Notes: generated by a model not told the origin, from the letters alone. A stretch of 63,747 nt of DNA, filler included, from Reticulomyxa filosa (GCA_000512085.1; 23 parts of 23 records of this genome joined end to end with filler, not necessarily neighbours in it); one strand, 5' to 3'. Numbered from the whole stretch's first letter, positions 1-12,497 are shown. Program-made: numbers and translations.

Positions 1-473
1 CGACTTTGCGAGTTTCTATGTATAAACAATGGTTTCATAGCCAGACTCGACAAAGCCTGCTGACTGATTTTTTTTTAACTAGTCGGAACGCGATTTGGGC
101 TTGTAATTCTTTTTCTCTATTCATCATCCTCCACATCTCTATCTTCTTGCTTCCTGGTGTCTTGGCGAGCTTACCACAACTCCTTCACCGAACTGGGCCA
201 CCTTCACATTGAACGATTCTCACGACGCAGTCATTTGCTCGATCGACATAACTGAATATTTCTTGCCAACTTCAATGCTCTTTTTTTCATCACCTTCCAC
301 TTTGAATTGAACCCAAACAGTTTTGAACGAAGCAGCGACTGAACTGGCGACAAACGAATACAAATTGGAGTCGGAAAATACAGCCAGATCTTCCAACTAA
401 ATCCAAAGTGCGAAAATTCGTACGCACACTATCAATTTGGTTTGAGCGATCAGTCTCCGCTCATTGATTATTC

Positions 474-790
474 CATTTTTTTTTTTTCCTTTATTTTTTT
501 CTTTTTTCTTTTTTATCTTTTTTATCTTTTTTCTTATCTTTTTAATCTTTTTTTTCTTATCTTTTTAATCTTTTTTTTTTACATTGTCTTCTTTTTTATT
601 TTTATTTTTCTTTTTCATTTTTCAACTATTTTTTCATTTCTTTTTTATTTCTCATTTTCCATTTTTTAATTTTTCTTCATTTTCTTAAATAAAAATTTCC
701 ACCCTTTCTATCATTTTCTTTTCCCACCCCTTTTGCTCCCATCCTTTTTTCTATCTTTTTTTCCATTATTTTCTTTTCCCCACAAATTTT
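474..790. repeat. Pyrimidine-rich low-complexity tract
   Basis: Long T/C-rich run; the overlapping Phe-rich ORF 442..669 is a compositional artefact. Confidence 0.8.
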
Positions 791-1463
791 CCCTACCCCT
801 ATAATCTCCAATACAAATAAAAAATATAAAAACTTTACAATATTTTTTTTTAATTTTTGAAATCTATAAGCATATCACAAATTAAAATAATTTTTTCATT
901 TTTAAAAAACAAATAAAAACAAACTTTTGTAGTTGAGCTAAAAGCTCCTATTTCAATCATCTATTTCTTTTTTTTTTTTCTTTTGCAACGAGAAGGGGGT
1001 AAATACAGTTTTTTTTTATGGAGGTATGCCTATTGACAACACAAAAACATTTGATAAAAAAAATCACAAATAAAAAAAAAAAAAGAAACAGACCTTTTCA
1101 CTTTTTCTGCACCACGGGGTGGCTTCAACCCCGAAATTTTTCTTTGTTGTGAGTTGGAAGTTTTGCTACATTTTTTTTTTTGAACAGACGGGTTACGGCT
1201 GTTAATCAAAAAACAAAGCAAGTCAATTATATTTTTAAAAAAAAAAAACATATAAATGTAGACCAAACCGTTATTACTCCTTGCGGAGACGGGGGGCCTT
1301 ACTCCATAATCAATTATTTTTTTTCTATTGCAGAATGATGCACAGCATCTAAACAAAAATGACATCTTTTTTATATTTTTTTAGAGCTTGCGAACTGTTG
1401 AAACAAAACAAAACAAAATCACTTTTTAGTTGCAAAATAACGTAAAAAGAGAAAAAGACCTAC

Positions 1464-1563
1464 NNNNNNNNNNNNNNNNNNNNNNNNNNNNNNNNNNNNN
1501 NNNNNNNTTAATTAATTAANNNNNNNNNNNNNNNNNNNNNNNNNNNNNNNNNNNNNNNNNNNN
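1464..1563. other. Artificial contig-joining linker (N44-TTAATTAATTAA-N44); first of 22 copies
   Basis: The same 100-bp spacer starts at 1464, 3420, 4790, 5972, 10740, 11840, 13627, 14752, 16866, 20774, 22133, 25015, 31065, 34122, 49256, 51582, 52856, 54293, 56099, 57273, 61098 and 62422. TTAATTAATTAA gives stops in all six frames. Confidence 0.98.
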
Positions 1564-1619
1564 AAAAAAAAAAAAAAAAAAATTGTCCGAGATAAATGTA
1601 AAAAAGAAAAACAAAGCGC

Positions 1620-2535
1620 ATGCATATACAAAACCGGTTTGAATGATAGATAATTGTTGGGATAGATTATAAGCCTGAGCAATATCCTTCGGGCATGAGC
1701 GTTGGATAGAAGCATCCCACGTCTGGCCATTGGCCAACAAAGCAGTTTGAAAGCCGCCCGGCTCGACGACACTGCACCAAATGTGGAACAATGGCGATAA
1801 TTCCATTCGCAAGCAGTGTGTCCAAAACGACAAGGCTTTTTTGAAGACAGAGTAGCCAGTCATTTGAGGAGCAGGAAAGCTTTTTTTTTTTTTCCCCCAC
1901 CCAAAAAAAAACAAAATACAATAATTTTAATAAATATGTACATATATATACATATATATGTACATGCTCTCACAAAACTTGGCAGAACAACTTGAAATGT
2001 TAACAATTCTTCCACCACAACTGCATGGGAAAAGAGAAGAAAAGAAGGAATTGGAAGGATGGGAAATATATCGCCGACCATAAAACAAAGGCAAAAACGT
2101 TTTTGTGACATAAAGTGGTCCTTTCAATAATACGTCCAAACAAACGTCGAAATATATGTCATTGGACATCACTTCGAAATTGTGTGTTATGTTCACTCCT
2201 GCATTATTTATTATTGCCCATAACACCTTTTTCTTTAATACTTCCGACACCACCTTGGATTTCACTGTTTCAATCTGCTCCTTTTTTGTCACATCCATCA
2301 CATACGCATACGAATTTTTTGAGAGACTTTCTTTGTTGTTGTCCCTGTTTAATAATGATAATACATTCTTTTCTTCCAAACATGTCGCTATTACTGTGTA
2401 CCCTAATTTATCTAATTCCAGTGCTACTGCACGTCCGAATCCCGAATCACATCCTGTTATTAATATACATTTTCTCTTTCGACTCAATTTTTTCTCTTTC
2501 TTTTTGTAAATTTTTTTAAATATTTTGTATATCAC
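1620..2535 (-). CDS. Short-chain dehydrogenase/reductase, 17beta-HSD/retinol dehydrogenase-like (partial, intron-containing)
   Basis: ILITGCDSGFG Rossmann motif, INNAG and RIVNISS. After an inferred intron (1880-1978) come catalytic YSVFK (YxxxK), LRMEL and VVEPGGFQT. Confidence 0.9.
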
Positions 2536-3540
2536 CGCCAGGAAAACTACTGTGTTTTTGTTGTTGTTATGTCAGATTCATTATATCTCAACAAAAAAAA
2601 AAAGAAAAAAGAAAAAATACATAACACCCAAAAAGTAATCGCTGTTTCAAGGAAGAGTTCTTCCACACATGGAATAAGCGAGTGAAAGATGACGACATTT
2701 GAACTTTCCTTTTTTTTTTGTTAAAGGTAGCACAAGACATTTATTTCATTATTTTTCATTGAGTTTTACAATTCAGAAATGCAAACGGAAAAATAACAAA
2801 TTCTCAAATTATATTAAATCTAATTGTAGAAATTTCCATCTATTACACGACATTGACGGCAGATGCCAAGTCTTCACCTATCCAGAGACTAAAAAAAAGC
2901 AATAAACGTATACCTCAAAAATTCAACTAGTTGAACATCTTCGCTAAAAAAATATGCATTCTAGAAACAACATCACTGCCATATTTAAATTAAAAATTAA
3001 AAGTCTGGCCATCCTTTAATCTTTTTTTCGATCTTATAATTTCAAAAAAATAATAATATCACATAAAAAAACACCTTTCGGAACAACAGAAGATATTTTG
3101 AAATAAATTTGAAAAATATTGATAATTAACAAAAAAGATTCATTACTTTTGTAATAAATGTTGTTGAAGTTTAAGCAAATTTTTGTTGCAAAAAAGAATG
3201 TAATTGTTCGTTTCTTTTTTGAAACCAATTTTCAGACAAATATAATGGTTTTAAAGTCTGAATAAAATGTTGTCTCCAACCAACAATGAATTGATATAAT
3301 TGTTGAGGATCTTTATTTATAGAATGAACAATAAAATCATCTCGAAAATTTTGTGGATTAGAGTCAATAGAAGTTACAAATTGTTTTAACCAATTGAGAT
3401 CAATAGTTTGAGGATGAGCNNNNNNNNNNNNNNNNNNNNNNNNNNNNNNNNNNNNNNNNNNNNTTAATTAATTAANNNNNNNNNNNNNNNNNNNNNNNNN
3501 NNNNNNNNNNNNNNNNNNNTTTTTTTTTTTTTTAAATTAT

Positions 3541-3571
<31 letters not shown>

Positions 3572-3699
3572 GATGAATCAAAGAGGGTACAAGGATAAAA
3601 TGATAAGACTGTGAATTATTATTTACTTTGCAATGGAAACATCATAACATTGATTCGTTTGCTTGTTTTGTTTTTTTTGTCGAATTTGTAAAACAATAG

Positions 3700-4668
3700 C
3701 CAAACGCGAGGTCAGACAAAACGCATTCCAATTCTTTGAACAAGGCACATTTGTCAAAAAGGCCACCACGATGCGCGCGAAAGCGCTGAGTGAGGATCTA
3801 ACGCTGCTGGGGAAGAAGAAGAAGTCGAGCGGCGTGAAAAACCCAAACACGCAGGATATCAAGTCCGTGGCACTGAAAATGGAAGACGAAACTGAACTGC
3901 GCTTTTTGGACGAGGTCCCCTCGGTCGAATGGTGGGATTCCTATTTGCTGCAGTCCAGGGAAAACGCAAAAACGAAAAGGGGAAAGAAGAACTGAGCTAT
4001 GACGACGATTTTCGCATGGACATGATCACCGACTTGGCGGAAAACCCTATCATTTTGAGACCTCACTTGCTCATCATGAACGATGTCACCTTACCGTCGT
4101 TCTTGACCACTAAGGAGCGAAAGAAAATTCGAAGGATGCAAAAAAAACAAAAGCAAGATGAAATCAAAAGTCAAATCATGTTTCGTGTTTCATTTCTTTT
4201 TATACTTTGAATAAAAAAAAAAAGAGAGAGAGAGAGAGAGATAGAGGTGATATACAACAATATTATTCTTATTATTGTTTATTTTTTTTTTTTCAGGATT
4301 GGCGTAATTGAACCCCCTGAACCTCGCTTGAAATTAAGCAATATCATGAGGGTGCTGGGAACAGTTGCCATTCAAGACCCCTCGGCGGCAGAGGCCAAAG
4401 CAAGGGCCCAAATGGAAAAACGCAAAATGAAACATCTCTTGCACAACGCCGAAATGCAACTGACACCTATGCAGAGACGCGAAAAAAAAGCGCAAGAAAT
4501 TGCAAGAAAATACCAACGGAAAAGTACACGTGGCTGTCTTTGTTGTCAATAGCTTGGAAGATCCACGCCATCGCTTCAAATGCTCCAAAAATGCCCAAGA
4601 CTATAACCTCAGCGGATGTCTTTTGATCACTCAAGATCCCAATATCAATGTCATCGTTGTGGAAGGAG
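3700..4668 (+). CDS. PRP3: U4/U6 snRNP protein Prp3 (partial; intron ~4186-4297; two apparent homopolymer frameshifts near 3960-3985 and 4482-4490)
   Basis: PSVEWWD, FLTTKERKKIRR, EPPEPRLKLSNIMRVLG..QDPS, and C-terminal HRFKCSKNAQDYNLSG...VIVVEGG are hallmark Prp3 segments. Confidence 0.92.
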
Positions 4669-4674
4669 GTATGA

Positions 4675-4724
4675 TTTATACATATATACATATATATGTA
4701 TGTATATACATATATATGTATATG

Positions 4725-4764
<40 letters not shown>
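4675..4764. repeat. (TA)n/(TATACA)n microsatellite in intron
   Basis: Directly visible alternating purine-pyrimidine repeat after a GT donor. Confidence 0.85.
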
Positions 4765-4765
<1 letters not shown>

Positions 4766-4889
4766 GATTGGCTGATTGGTTTGACACAANNNNNNNNNNN
4801 NNNNNNNNNNNNNNNNNNNNNNNNNNNNNNNNNTTAATTAATTAANNNNNNNNNNNNNNNNNNNNNNNNNNNNNNNNNNNNNNNNNNNN

Positions 4890-5971
4890 TCTCGAACGAA
4901 ATGTGGACGTTTGTCCAAAGCAAGATTTCCTTCTTTGGACACACGCTCCAAAATAGTTATTATTGTGCTCTTTTCATTCAACCATCCATCCTCTGATAAC
5001 GACATCGCATTAAGCAGTACATTGCTCAGCTCTACTTTATCAACAATTTGTCTTTCAAAATGCTTTGCTCCAAGAATTTGCATTTGTGCTCGCCGACACA
5101 TGGCAAATATTTCTTCATATTCCTTGCAATTGCCATACCAGTCTTTTGCAAATTGTAAGATCGCTGGAATTGCATCTTCGACTGCCTCCAAACTTCTGGC
5201 AATGTCACTCCACTTATTTTCTGCAAAAAGATAATTACAACGTATAAAAAAAGCAGGACAAGACTTTAGGGGAATTTGTATAGAAGAAAACAAAACACAA
5301 AAACAAACCAGGTGAAAACGAAATAAAATGTTTCAACAGCAAGCAAATGGAGCCACTCAGTCTTGTGCTCTCATTTTCATCATCCAATAGCGTGTGTAGT
5401 TCCAAAACAATGCCAGTGTTGTCTTGACAAAGCTTCAATAGCTCCACGTATTTTGCAAAAAAATCAGGCAAAATGTATAAGATGGACTCAATCATCGCAA
5501 CGGATACTTCCCAATTGAATAGTGAAATCATGCAAAACAAAATGTCTGTAATGACTTCAGCCTTACGTTGCTGATTCAAATTATATTTGGCCGCAATGAC
5601 ATCCATTAAATACATTCGACAATGTTCGACATTGCACATATTCAAATGTCTCAATGCATTTTCACTTCCATCCATTACCATTCTCAACAAGTTCGAGCTT
5701 TGAAGTACTTTATGGTGGCTTTCTAATCTAGTTTTATTTTCATTTTCATTATCGTCAGCATTTTCATGTTGATACTTATAGTCATGTTCACTCTTTTTTT
5801 CGTCTTCATTCTGGTGGACAGTTACATTCAATTTTTCAACCAGACGTTGAGCAACAACACTGACCAACTTGGAGTGACACCAGTTGTGTAATACGTGGCT
5901 CCATGGGAACATGGCTTCATATTTGACACTAACAGCGCGTAGATCCGGTTCGATGCTTACTAATCTCTGCA
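4890..5971 (-). CDS. Hypothetical alpha-helical protein (internal fragment, probable intron ~5232-5310)
   Basis: Two long same-strand ORFs (5235..5912, 4838..5293) with helical, protein-like composition; no motif recognised. Confidence 0.6.
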
Positions 5972-6086
5972 NNNNNNNNNNNNNNNNNNNNNNNNNNNNN
6001 NNNNNNNNNNNNNNNTTAATTAATTAANNNNNNNNNNNNNNNNNNNNNNNNNNNNNNNNNNNNNNNNNNNNACTTTTTCTTTTGAT

Positions 6087-7139
6087 TTGTTTTGTTCATC
6101 ATCCAAATTACTCAAGACATTCAGTGGACATACCAGTTATGTAAATAGTATTGACTATTCAATATTCAATGATTGTCAATACATTTGTTCTGGATCACGG
6201 GATAACACAGTTCGTGTATGGGATGTGAAGACTGCCAAACAAATCAAAGAATTCAATGGGCATTCACATTTTGTATATTGTGCAAAATTTTCACCATATC
6301 ATTATTATTATTGCGGATTGAATCATCTTCGTCCCACCGTTTGTTCTTCATCACAAGATAAAACCATTCGTTTTTGGGATTTTGAAACATCCAAAGAATT
6401 CCAAGTATTGAATGGACACACTGGATGGGTTTCTGGGATTACATTTTCACCATTCAATAATGGCCGATATTTGTGTTCCACATCCAGTGACAAAACCGTT
6501 CGTTTATGGGATGTTGAAACATACAAGGCATTGCATATTTTCAATGGGCATAAAGGTGCTGTTTGGTGTGTAGATTTTTCACCATTATTAAATTATAATT
6601 CCAATAAAAGTAATAGTACTGGCGTAATTGGAGGAAATGGATATACTTTTTGTTCTGGATCATATGATAATACCATTTGTTTATGGGATATTGAAACAGC
6701 CAAAGAATGTTCTGTTTTCAAAGGACATGAACACGTAGTGGGCAGTGTAAAATATTCGCCATATGAAACAAATATATTATGTTCCGGATCAGGTGATAGG
6801 AGTATTCGTTTGTGGGATCTTCGATCGAAAAAAGAGATTCAAATATTTAGGGGACACACAAATGAGATATGGGCTGTTGAATATGCACCATTTGTACTCA
6901 CTAAAGATAGCAGTTGTGGAAAGATATTATGTTCTGGAGCAAGAGACAATACAATCCGTTTTTGGGACATTCGAATAAATAAACAAATGCATGCGATCAA
7001 AGGAATTGAAGGAGATAATGGAATATTGGCCATTCAATTTTTATCATTGGAAAAGAAAGACAAAAGTGTGGATGGTAATGATTATTGTGTCAATTTGTAC
7101 TATGGTTCAGAAAAAGGTCCAATTCGTATTTGGGGTTAA
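6087..7139 (+). CDS. WD40-repeat protein (5'-truncated; lineage-expanded family)
   Basis: Repeated GH..V.SV.FSP...ICSGS.D.TIRLWD units, ending in GPIRIWG*. Confidence 0.95.
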   Translation: MFCSSSKLLKTFSGHTSYVNSIDYSIFNDCQYICSGSRDNTVRVWDVKTAKQIKEFNGHSHFVYCAKFSPYHYYYCGLNHLRPTVCSSSQDKTIRFWDFETSKEFQVLNGHTGWVSGITFSPFNNGRYLCSTSSDKTVRLWDVETYKALHIFNGHKGAVWCVDFSPLLNYNSNKSNSTGVIGGNGYTFCSGSYDNTICLWDIETAKECSVFKGHEHVVGSVKYSPYETNILCSGSGDRSIRLWDLRSKKEIQIFRGHTNEIWAVEYAPFVLTKDSSCGKILCSGARDNTIRFWDIRINKQMHAIKGIEGDNGILAIQFLSLEKKDKSVDGNDYCVNLYYGSEKGPIRIWG

Positions 7140-7651
7140 ATACCATTTAACAAAAACAAAAATGTTTTGAACACGTTTCTTTTAACAACCGAAACATGGT
7201 GCCGTTCCTTTTTTGTAACCCACTGAAAGTTTCTCAATAAGGCATTTCGTTTTGACCAAGAAATAGAATAGAATATAAAACATTAAATAGTTTTGTCCAA
7301 AATACAACAAAAATTGTTGGTGTGAACGTAAGTAGCCCATTAATAATTGAAAAAGTGACTAAAATGTATTGGAAAAAATGTAAAACTCCAAGTTTTATAG
7401 AGATTAATGAGATTATCGAAACATTTAATGAAATCATACTAGCAATACATGAAGGGAGGAAAAAAAAGAAATTTCTGAGGATCAATGAAATAACAGTTGA
7501 ACATGTCAATGGAGACTCTGATCTGTAAAGACCTTACATGTCCACACCCGTGTGTGTGTGTGTGTCGCTGTTATTGTTGGACTTTTCTTCTCATCAATAT
7601 TATTATTGGTCGTTTGACATGTCGAAAGCTTTAAAATTGAGAGCGACGCGT

Positions 7652-8803
7652 TCATTCGTCACACTCATGTTGATGCGGCCGTTTCACATCGTTGCCACTG
7701 GGCTTTGTTGTCCCAATTTTTTTTTGAGCTTTGATGGCCATGGCCTGTTTGTATGCGCGAACAATGGTGATAATTTCAGTTTGAATGTGTTGAATGAAAT
7801 CATCCGATTGGAAATTCCAGGGTATCGCGACGACATGAGGAGGACAATTCAACACCTCAAAGTCGTCAAAGACCACGACAATGGGTACATCCATCCAGTA
7901 CTGGAACATGCACTCGTTGCAATAGTCTTTGGAGAGCACAAACAAATTGTGCATGGCATGATCGATCTGCTGTTGTGTCAGTTTGGGATGCCAAAACACT
8001 TTGTTGCGTTCGAGTTTGTGTTTCATCAAACACAAATGTTGAAATTGGACAGAGGGATTGCAATGTTCATCCAAATAATACTCATCCAAGGCATCGTCAA
8101 ACGACATTTCCACTTGTTCCAACCTGTCATAATGTCCCGGTCTATCCGCGTCGTCCGAGTCGTGCAGACGCGTATCCGCACGCTTATGTTTCATATCCAC
8201 CGCCAACGACGTACCCATTTTCTTGTCCACCTCGCCGAGTAGCGAACACAGACAGTTGTAGATTTGCTTCAGCAAATGCGAAATCATGGGCTTGGCGCTG
8301 TCGCAATGGAACGACGACCACACATGCTCGAACGTGCCATTGCTTCGTGGCAGATAAAACTCCAAGTGGATTGGCGGAGGACCGTTTTCGCCGAGCTTTA
8401 CGTCTCGGATTATTTTTCTCGTGATCATTGCAGTCTGTGGCTTTGTGTATTTCTTGTGGTATTCCAATAGACTGTTCAGTCCTGATAATGATCTTTGGTT
8501 CGTCATTTGCATTGACAGGTAACGCTCTTTCGAGTCGTGCTTCAAAAACTTTTCGAACCGATCGGGGTGCACGATCCCTATCAGCTTTCGGATCTCGCGT
8601 GCTGGCAACTCGTATTCCGATAACGGTATCATCGCTTCTTGCTTGGTCGTCGCTTTCCCAAACGGCGTCCCAAAATCTGTGAACATTGTGTGCCGTTGCC
8701 TGCTAGACCACTTGCAAGGTGACAGATTAAAAGAGCATACAACACGGCCAACCAGGAGAATTTGGGGGAAGGTTACACGCTTTAGTCTCAAGACCAACGC
8801 CAT
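7652..8803 (-). CDS. TCAIM-like (DUF4460/DUF4461) mitochondrial J-domain-related protein
   Basis: N-terminal basic presequence-like segment; IRKLIGIVHPDRF...NQRSLSGLNSLL, IHLEFYL and C-terminal VAIPWNF match the recalled TCAIM pattern. Confidence 0.65.
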   Translation of the reverse strand: MALVLRLKRVTFPQILLVGRVVCSFNLSPCKWSSRQRHTMFTDFGTPFGKATTKQEAMIPLSEYELPAREIRKLIGIVHPDRFEKFLKHDSKERYLSMQMTNQRSLSGLNSLLEYHKKYTKPQTAMITRKIIRDVKLGENGPPPIHLEFYLPRSNGTFEHVWSSFHCDSAKPMISHLLKQIYNCLCSLLGEVDKKMGTSLAVDMKHKRADTRLHDSDDADRPGHYDRLEQVEMSFDDALDEYYLDEHCNPSVQFQHLCLMKHKLERNKVFWHPKLTQQQIDHAMHNLFVLSKDYCNECMFQYWMDVPIVVVFDDFEVLNCPPHVVAIPWNFQSDDFIQHIQTEIITIVRAYKQAMAIKAQKKIGTTKPSGNDVKRPHQHECDE

Positions 8804-9166
8804 TTCGAAAATTGAAGGGGGGGCTTCAATTCAAAACTCTTTCACGAAATTTCTAAATGACTGTTAAATACACTGCTGGCTTAGTTACAAAAAAAAAAAA
8901 GCAAGCTGTCTTCAATATACTAAAAAAATATATATAATTGATGCAAGAATTTTTGAATTTGTTATTATTGTTATTTTTGGCGTTTGTATATTGTTTTCGA
9001 ATATGAGTGAGTTGTAGTCAAAGTGGGAAAATTTTCAAACATAATTGATCAAAGTTACAACATGAGTGGTGGCATATGTGGTATTTCGTCACTGCTCCAT
9101 GTGCAGTTGAACGTCAATGTTTGAAAAAATAAGAGAATAAAAAGACAAGAAATCAAAAGCAACGAA

Positions 9167-10739
9167 TTACTTTTGGATTTCATGATGTGCATCGTCACTG
9201 GCAACCTTTCGAATGTGTTCTTCAAGCTCTTCCGTCAAATTGTACGTCAAGATGACTCTCGCCTGACTTAATTGCAATTGCAGATACTTTTGAACGTTGT
9301 GTTCTGGTTTGATCTTGTACTTCCCCTTTGCAAATATTTTGGATTGAAAAAAGGGGAAGAAAAAAAAGGGGGATAATGTTAACAATTAGAGTGTCGTATG
9401 TTTGTAGGAGTGGAGGAAAAAAAAAAGTAACTTTTCTGAAGCTATCAAATTTTTCATAAATGTCCCAAAGTTTTCCAGTTTGTTTTGGATCGACCCGACC
9501 AATTTTGGATTTTTTCAGGACTTCATCAAGCATAAAGGCATGTTTCAAAGTAATCCACAAGCAGGGGATGGCAGGGGGATTCATTTGTTCTAAGGCTTGA
9601 ACCAAATTGCGAAATCTCCATTTCACATTTATTTTGTGTGTGCAATACACATTCTGTTGGAAGATTTTTTAAAACAACGAGAACAAGACAAAGACATACC
9701 CTCCAGATTGTCTAAGCAACTCTCGATTTTCTTGTCGAAACCGGGCAAACTGTGGATGTTCGGCTTCGATTTTCTTATGTGTGTGTGTACCAATTCATTG
9801 ATTGGTTGATAAATTTTACATTTTTTTTTTTTTAAAAAAGAAAGACGAAACAGTCCAGACGGTGGAGAATTTGAGCATGGAAGGACTTTCCAAAGCTGCA
9901 AAGATTTGCATCTGTCCATATTGATTTTGCAACTCGGCCATTTCCATTCCGATTTGAAGCATTTTTTCAATGAAGGCTTTTCGTCGAGGGAACTTTTGAC
10001 TACATATTTCTAATTTCACCCAAATTGCGATACTTTCGCCCAACTCGCGCAGCGCCACGATATTCGGAGCATTTTTGTACGCGTCATCGCCGGTCCATCC
10101 CTTTGTTTATAAATAATTAATAACAACTAACTCCATTCACATAATAACACAATACACGAATTCCCGGAAACACAACTTTTCGAAGCAGCTCGGTCGGACG
10201 AATGGCCTTCATTTGCTTGAACATCATGAGTGTCAGCTGTCTCGCAATCATCTTGCACTCTCTCGTCTGGACGTCCAGCTTGGACACCGGAGACGGGCTC
10301 GTAAACATTGACACGGACAGTGACATCGTGCGACGGAGCAGCGCGTGCGAAGGGGCTTCCAACTCGGGCTGCGTCGCACGCCGAACCAAGGGCATCGACC
10401 AGTTGTGCTTGTTCTCTTCGGTCTCGTCTCCGTCGAAATCCTCCATACTCTGCTGTCCACTAATGTTGCAAATCTCAAACAAGGTCTTGTTCGCGTTCTT
10501 CTGTGTCTCGCGTCTGATGTTTGTTTTACACAAATCAGACAATGGTTGTTATTTAAAATAAAATTAATTAATTAATTAATTAATTAAATTTTATTTTATT
10601 TTTTTAAAAAAAAAAAAAAATTAAACTGATATTGCGACAGAAATTTAAAGAGAAATTTTAGAAGGGAGATGGCCTTGCCCAGTTGAATGAGATGATCGAC
10701 GGTCCAATCTAAACCCTCTTCCGCAGTACTTTGACACGA
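9167..10739 (-). CDS. RasGEF (CDC25-homology domain) protein, multi-exon, 5'-truncated
   Basis: IARQLTLMMFKQMKAIRPTELL, GW...NAPNI, WVKLEIC...RRKAFIEKMLQIGMEMAELQN...QIFAALES and PPAIPCL follow the CDC25 domain order. Confidence 0.85.
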
Positions 10740-11939
10740 NNNNNNNNNNNNNNNNNNNNNNNNNNNNNNNNNNNNNNNNNNNNTTAATTAATTAANNNNN
10801 NNNNNNNNNNNNNNNNNNNNNNNNNNNNNNNNNNNNNNNGTTTTTCCAGATCCCTCCTCTCCCAAAAACAACAAGAGAAAAAAGAGATAGAAACGAGGAG
10901 CGACAACTGCTGACAAACATCAAACTGATGAAAGCAGTTGGTTGATATCATGAGATCTGCACACTATACACTTTATAGTCAATGACCTTGAATTTTTGAG
11001 CACCACATAAGTAGTTAGGTCTATTTTTACTCAAAACACGCTGTAGCTAGATGGAAAGTTAGACCAAGAGCGTTTTGCTTGTATTATCAGAAAAAAATCG
11101 ACTAGCGACTCCAATTCGTTTGATAACTGAGTTTATTTCGAGTAATTTTATCTAAATCAAAATATATCATGCCGAAAAGTATGCAAAAGTGAGTACTTTT
11201 TAAAAAAGAGTTTTTAAAGAGTACATGATTGTTTTTCAGACTCAATTGCATAGTATTTCAGCAATCTCTTGCATTTGTTCTTTCTTCAAAGGTTTAACAT
11301 ATTTGGCCAGTACTAAAACATGGCCGTTGAAATACAACAACTTTCAGGGTTATAATTATTTCTATCTGCTTTTTCTTTCAAACTTCTTGCTATAGGGAGC
11401 CCATTTGTTTTATTTTTTGTATGCACGACGAACAAAACACGACTTTAAAGTGGTAATGAAGACACAATTGCAAGAACCGTCACAGGTGTTCATAAATCCT
11501 CCTTCTTCCATCCGTTTATCGAAAGAGACGAGAATGGCTACATCTATCACATGAAATATAAAAATGTATGATTGGTTCAATTTATGTCAAAAAAGGAATT
11601 ATATATATGTAATATATACCATAAATATAAATATAAATATTAAAAGGGGGGAGAAGCAAAGGATGCAAACAAAGACACAGCAATCTTTCCAGCAGAAGAA
11701 GTAAAAGAAACATTAGCAACGATAGCAGCACAAATGGATGATGATGATGATGGGGGTTACGGAGCACGCACGAGACCTTATCGTTCGTTCAGTACAGTGC
11801 CACTGCGAGAAGGAAATATTCGTTTGGTGTTTTGGGAGTNNNNNNNNNNNNNNNNNNNNNNNNNNNNNNNNNNNNNNNNNNNNTTAATTAATTAANNNNN
11901 NNNNNNNNNNNNNNNNNNNNNNNNNNNNNNNNNNNNNNN

Positions 11940-12390
11940 CCCTGGCTGGAGACCTTCATGGTCGCCTCGATCGATGCGGCGCTGGCCGCGCGAACGCCGT
12001 GGTCGCCGCGGAATCGATGGGCCTGCGCACCGTCTATATCGGCGCCATGCGCAACGACCCCATCCGCGTTGCCGAGCTGCTGGGCCTGCCGCCCAGGCCG
12101 TCGTCGTGTTCGGCCTCTGCGTCGGCTACGCCACGGAAAAGGGCGAAGGCGAGGTGAAGCCGCGCCTGCCGCAGTCGGTCGTGCTGCACACCGAGCGCTA
12201 CGACGCGAGCCGGGAAGAGGCTCTGCGCGCCGCCTATGACGCCGAGATGAGCAAGTTCTCGGCCCGCCACGAGCTGCAGGCCGCAACCTGGACCCAGCGG
12301 GTCCTGAACCGCCTCGGACCGATCAAGGCCATGAATGGCCGCGAAACCCTGCGCGCGGCGCTGGCGAAGATGGGATTTGAGGTCCGATAA
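11940..12390 (+). CDS. Bacterial NfsA/Frp-family nitroreductase (3' part; single-base indels)
   Basis: Stitched frames give VASIDAALAA.NAVVAAESMGLRTVYIGAMRNDP..VAELLGLP...FGLCVGY...KPRLPQSVVLHTERY. The contig is GC-rich and intronless. Confidence 0.9.
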
Positions 12391-12400
12391 AGAATCCGTA

Positions 12401-12497
12401 AAGGTCCCTCACTTCGTTCGGGATGACACCGGTTGTTTGATCAGCGCACTGCGCAAATCCCAGCAAAATTGTCATCCCGAACGAAGTGAGGGACCTT
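12401..12497. repeat. Perfect 28-bp inverted repeat (REP/palindromic element pair of the GTCATCCCG type) in a bacterial intergenic region
   Basis: 12401-12428 AAGGTCCCTCACTTCGTTCGGGATGACA is the exact reverse complement of 12470-12497; 41-bp spacer. Confidence 0.85.

Noticed and set aside
1-465. Minus-strand decayed frame (VWVQFKVEGDEKKSIEV...) resembling a ubiquitin-like/Crinkler N-terminus
   Set aside because: It is too short and too interrupted by stops to assign.
7538-8242. Long antisense ORFs (also 42318..43496 +, 60033..60518 -, 61573..62094 -)
   Set aside because: They are shadows of real genes on the opposite strand and carry no motifs of their own.
10562-10588. Natural (TTAA)n run resembling the linker or piggyBac target sites
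   Set aside because: It is a simple intronic microsatellite without Ns or terminal inverted repeats.
11295-11360. Minus-strand TLKVVVFQRPCFSTGQ resembling the PIF1/Helitron helicase motif
   Set aside because: It lacks the preceding SQG and following YVALSR residues, and no other helicase motifs are present.
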